Shown one piece after another: positions 35,346-36,726 of a DNA stretch of 36,726 bases; position 1 is the first letter of the stretch, and each line of letters opens with the position of its first letter. The position numbers and the translations under genes were made by a program. The notes beneath the pieces were generated by a model that searched no databases, was not told where the DNA came from, and saw only the letters and a program-made list of their open reading frames with translations. The DNA is from a virus (taxonomy: Duplodnaviria > Caudoviricetes). The DNA lies in the IMG/VR virus record IMGVR_UViG_3300022670_000133, positions 1 to 36,726 of that record; one strand, 5' to 3'.

Positions 35346-36726
35346 TGGACCTATCGATTAGGCAGGGTATGACCGCCAGTATAAAGCAACGCATGGTGCG
35401 AAGTGATACAGTCCTTTCCGCCCCTGTATTGACACTACCCACAGACGTAAGCACGGGCGTTATGACGGCGGACGGCACAGTAACAACCGACACAGGCAGC
35501 GGCACGTTGCATTTCTATGTGTCGATATCCGCAATTCCCCCAAGTAGTAGCGATTTAATAGAAGGCACTGATTCTGTTACTTTCGGCGACCAGGCTGTAG
35601 GCGCGGTTGGTGTGCAGAATATCTCTGTGTCAGGTCTTACAGGTGACACGGATTATTTCATACACTATGTGCAGACACTTGGCCCCGTGACGAGCAATAT
35701 CGCCTCTGCTGACGGTTTCACCACGGCGTCGGCTCCTGATATTATCGCGCCTATATTGTCCTCACCAACAGACACGGAAACAGGAGAAACAACTTCATCC
35801 GGCAGCGTTATAACCGATGAGGGCAACGGTACACTGTTCTTTGTCATCACACTGTCATCAACGCCACCAACTAAAGCTCAAGTTAAACTTGGACAAGATG
35901 ATAGCGGTTCAGCGGCCACAGATAGCGGCTCCCAAGCTGTTACTGTTTCTGGTGTGCAGAACATCACAGGTTCAGGGCTCACCAACAATACGGCTTACAC
36001 CACTCACTATATGCACGAAGACGCAGCCACTAATCAATCAGATGTATCTACGGCTGATGGATTTACCACAGCGGCAAGCGGGGCCTTGAATGTTGCTAAC
36101 CAGCCAATAGACTTTGGTGATAAGACAGCGAGCGGATCAGGACTATACACGCTAGAGGTTATCGCGGGTACGGTTACATCAGCCTCTATTACTTCTGGCG
36201 ATGCGTCTGGACATTGGACGATAGCTACTAACGGAGATCTAACGCCTTCTGCGGCCGGGGATACAGCCAACCTTAGTCTTGGTCCTTATTCATTGGCCTG
36301 TTCGTATAATGCGGGGGCAGACACAGCCACGCATACGGTAACAATTGAAAGCGGTGCGAGCTGTATTTCTCATACTGAGGCTGAAACACATGTAACAGCT
36401 ACCAGTACATCTGCTGATGACTTTGTACTCTTACGTGGTGGTCAAACGATTGGCTCCCGTGGTGTTGTCTTTGATTATGACAAAGGCTTTGACGGAACAA
36501 TCAGCGATCCAGACAGGAATGATAAAACTGCAGGGGCCAAGGCCACATACAGCGGCGGCTCTATAACATTCAGACGCCACGCCAATGATGCAAGCGCGCC
36601 CGTGGTTGACGGCGTGTTTAGAATGACTGGAGCCGGCCCATTCTATCTAGACAAATTAGACTTTATTAACGCACCAACATCTGACAGCAGCTATAACGAT
36701 CAATCAGCGGCTGGTGATAACCTGAA
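35345..36726 (+). CDS. N-terminal part of the large modular virion/adhesin-like protein (not in ORF track; runs off the window)
   Basis: TAATG coupling to terL; MDLSIRQGMTASIKQ..., open for 460 codons to the window end; FN3-like units at ~35411-35725 and 35738-36070, then an Ig/cadherin-like segment and the start of a beta-helix. Confidence 0.8.
   Translation, partial: MDLSIRQGMTASIKQRMVRSDTVLSAPVLTLPTDVSTGVMTADGTVTTDTGSGTLHFYVSISAIPPSSSDLIEGTDSVTFGDQAVGAVGVQNISVSGLTGDTDYFIHYVQTLGPVTSNIASADGFTTASAPDIIAPILSSPTDTETGETTSSGSVITDEGNGTLFFVITLSSTPPTKAQVKLGQDDSGSAATDSGSQAVTVSGVQNITGSGLTNNTAYTTHYMHEDAATNQSDVSTADGFTTAASGALNVANQPIDFGDKTASGSGLYTLEVIAGTVTSASITSGDASGHWTIATNGDLTPSAAGDTANLSLGPYSLACSYNAGADTATHTVTIESGASCISHTEAETHVTATSTSADDFVLLRGGQTIGSRGVVFDYDKGFDGTISDPDRNDKTAGAKATYSGGSITFRRHANDASAPVVDGVFRMTGAGPFYLDKLDFINAPTSDSSYNDQSAAGDNL

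Noticed and set aside
36700-36726. Exact circular join of the window end to nt 1
   Set aside because: A direct join shifts the frame (CTG AAG CGG ... TGA) and no terminal repeat is visible; a gap of 3n+2 nt is needed, so the genome is near-complete, not closed

Overview
The window looks like a nearly complete, circularly permuted genome of a P22/Sf6-like short-tailed dsDNA phage. The host is probably alphaproteobacterial (inference from one conserved secreted protein and the style of an sRNA). The + strand carries terS, terL, a large modular FN3-like/beta-helix/LamG protein split across the window ends, portal, scaffold, coat, gp4, an extra spike-like gene, gp10, a gp14-like GNAT protein, four ejection proteins, a tail fibre and a lysis cassette with an M15 endolysin. 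A lambdoid-style early region follows, with divergent promoters at ~22.55 kb. Its left arm encodes ERF, DUF1367-like and DUF968-like proteins. Its right arm encodes a Cro-like HTH protein, DUF1064, an O-like initiator with an internal ori, a helicase loader, a Lar-like protein and many small ORFs. I recognised no integrase or CI repressor. The most notable signal is RNA-level. A candidate ~105-nt sRNA (19131-19236, minus strand) has its own TTGACA-17-TATTAT promoter and terminator. One of its loops is the reverse complement of a GAAAGAATG(A) box at 12 predicted early-gene start codons, and another displays the anti-SD sequence CCUCCUU. The window also holds a C4/CI-like antisense RNA upstream of the replication initiator, a ~430-nt structured non-coding region, and a promoter-driven tRNA-like RNA. 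All family calls come from motif recall and synteny, and all folds were read by eye; no searches were run.
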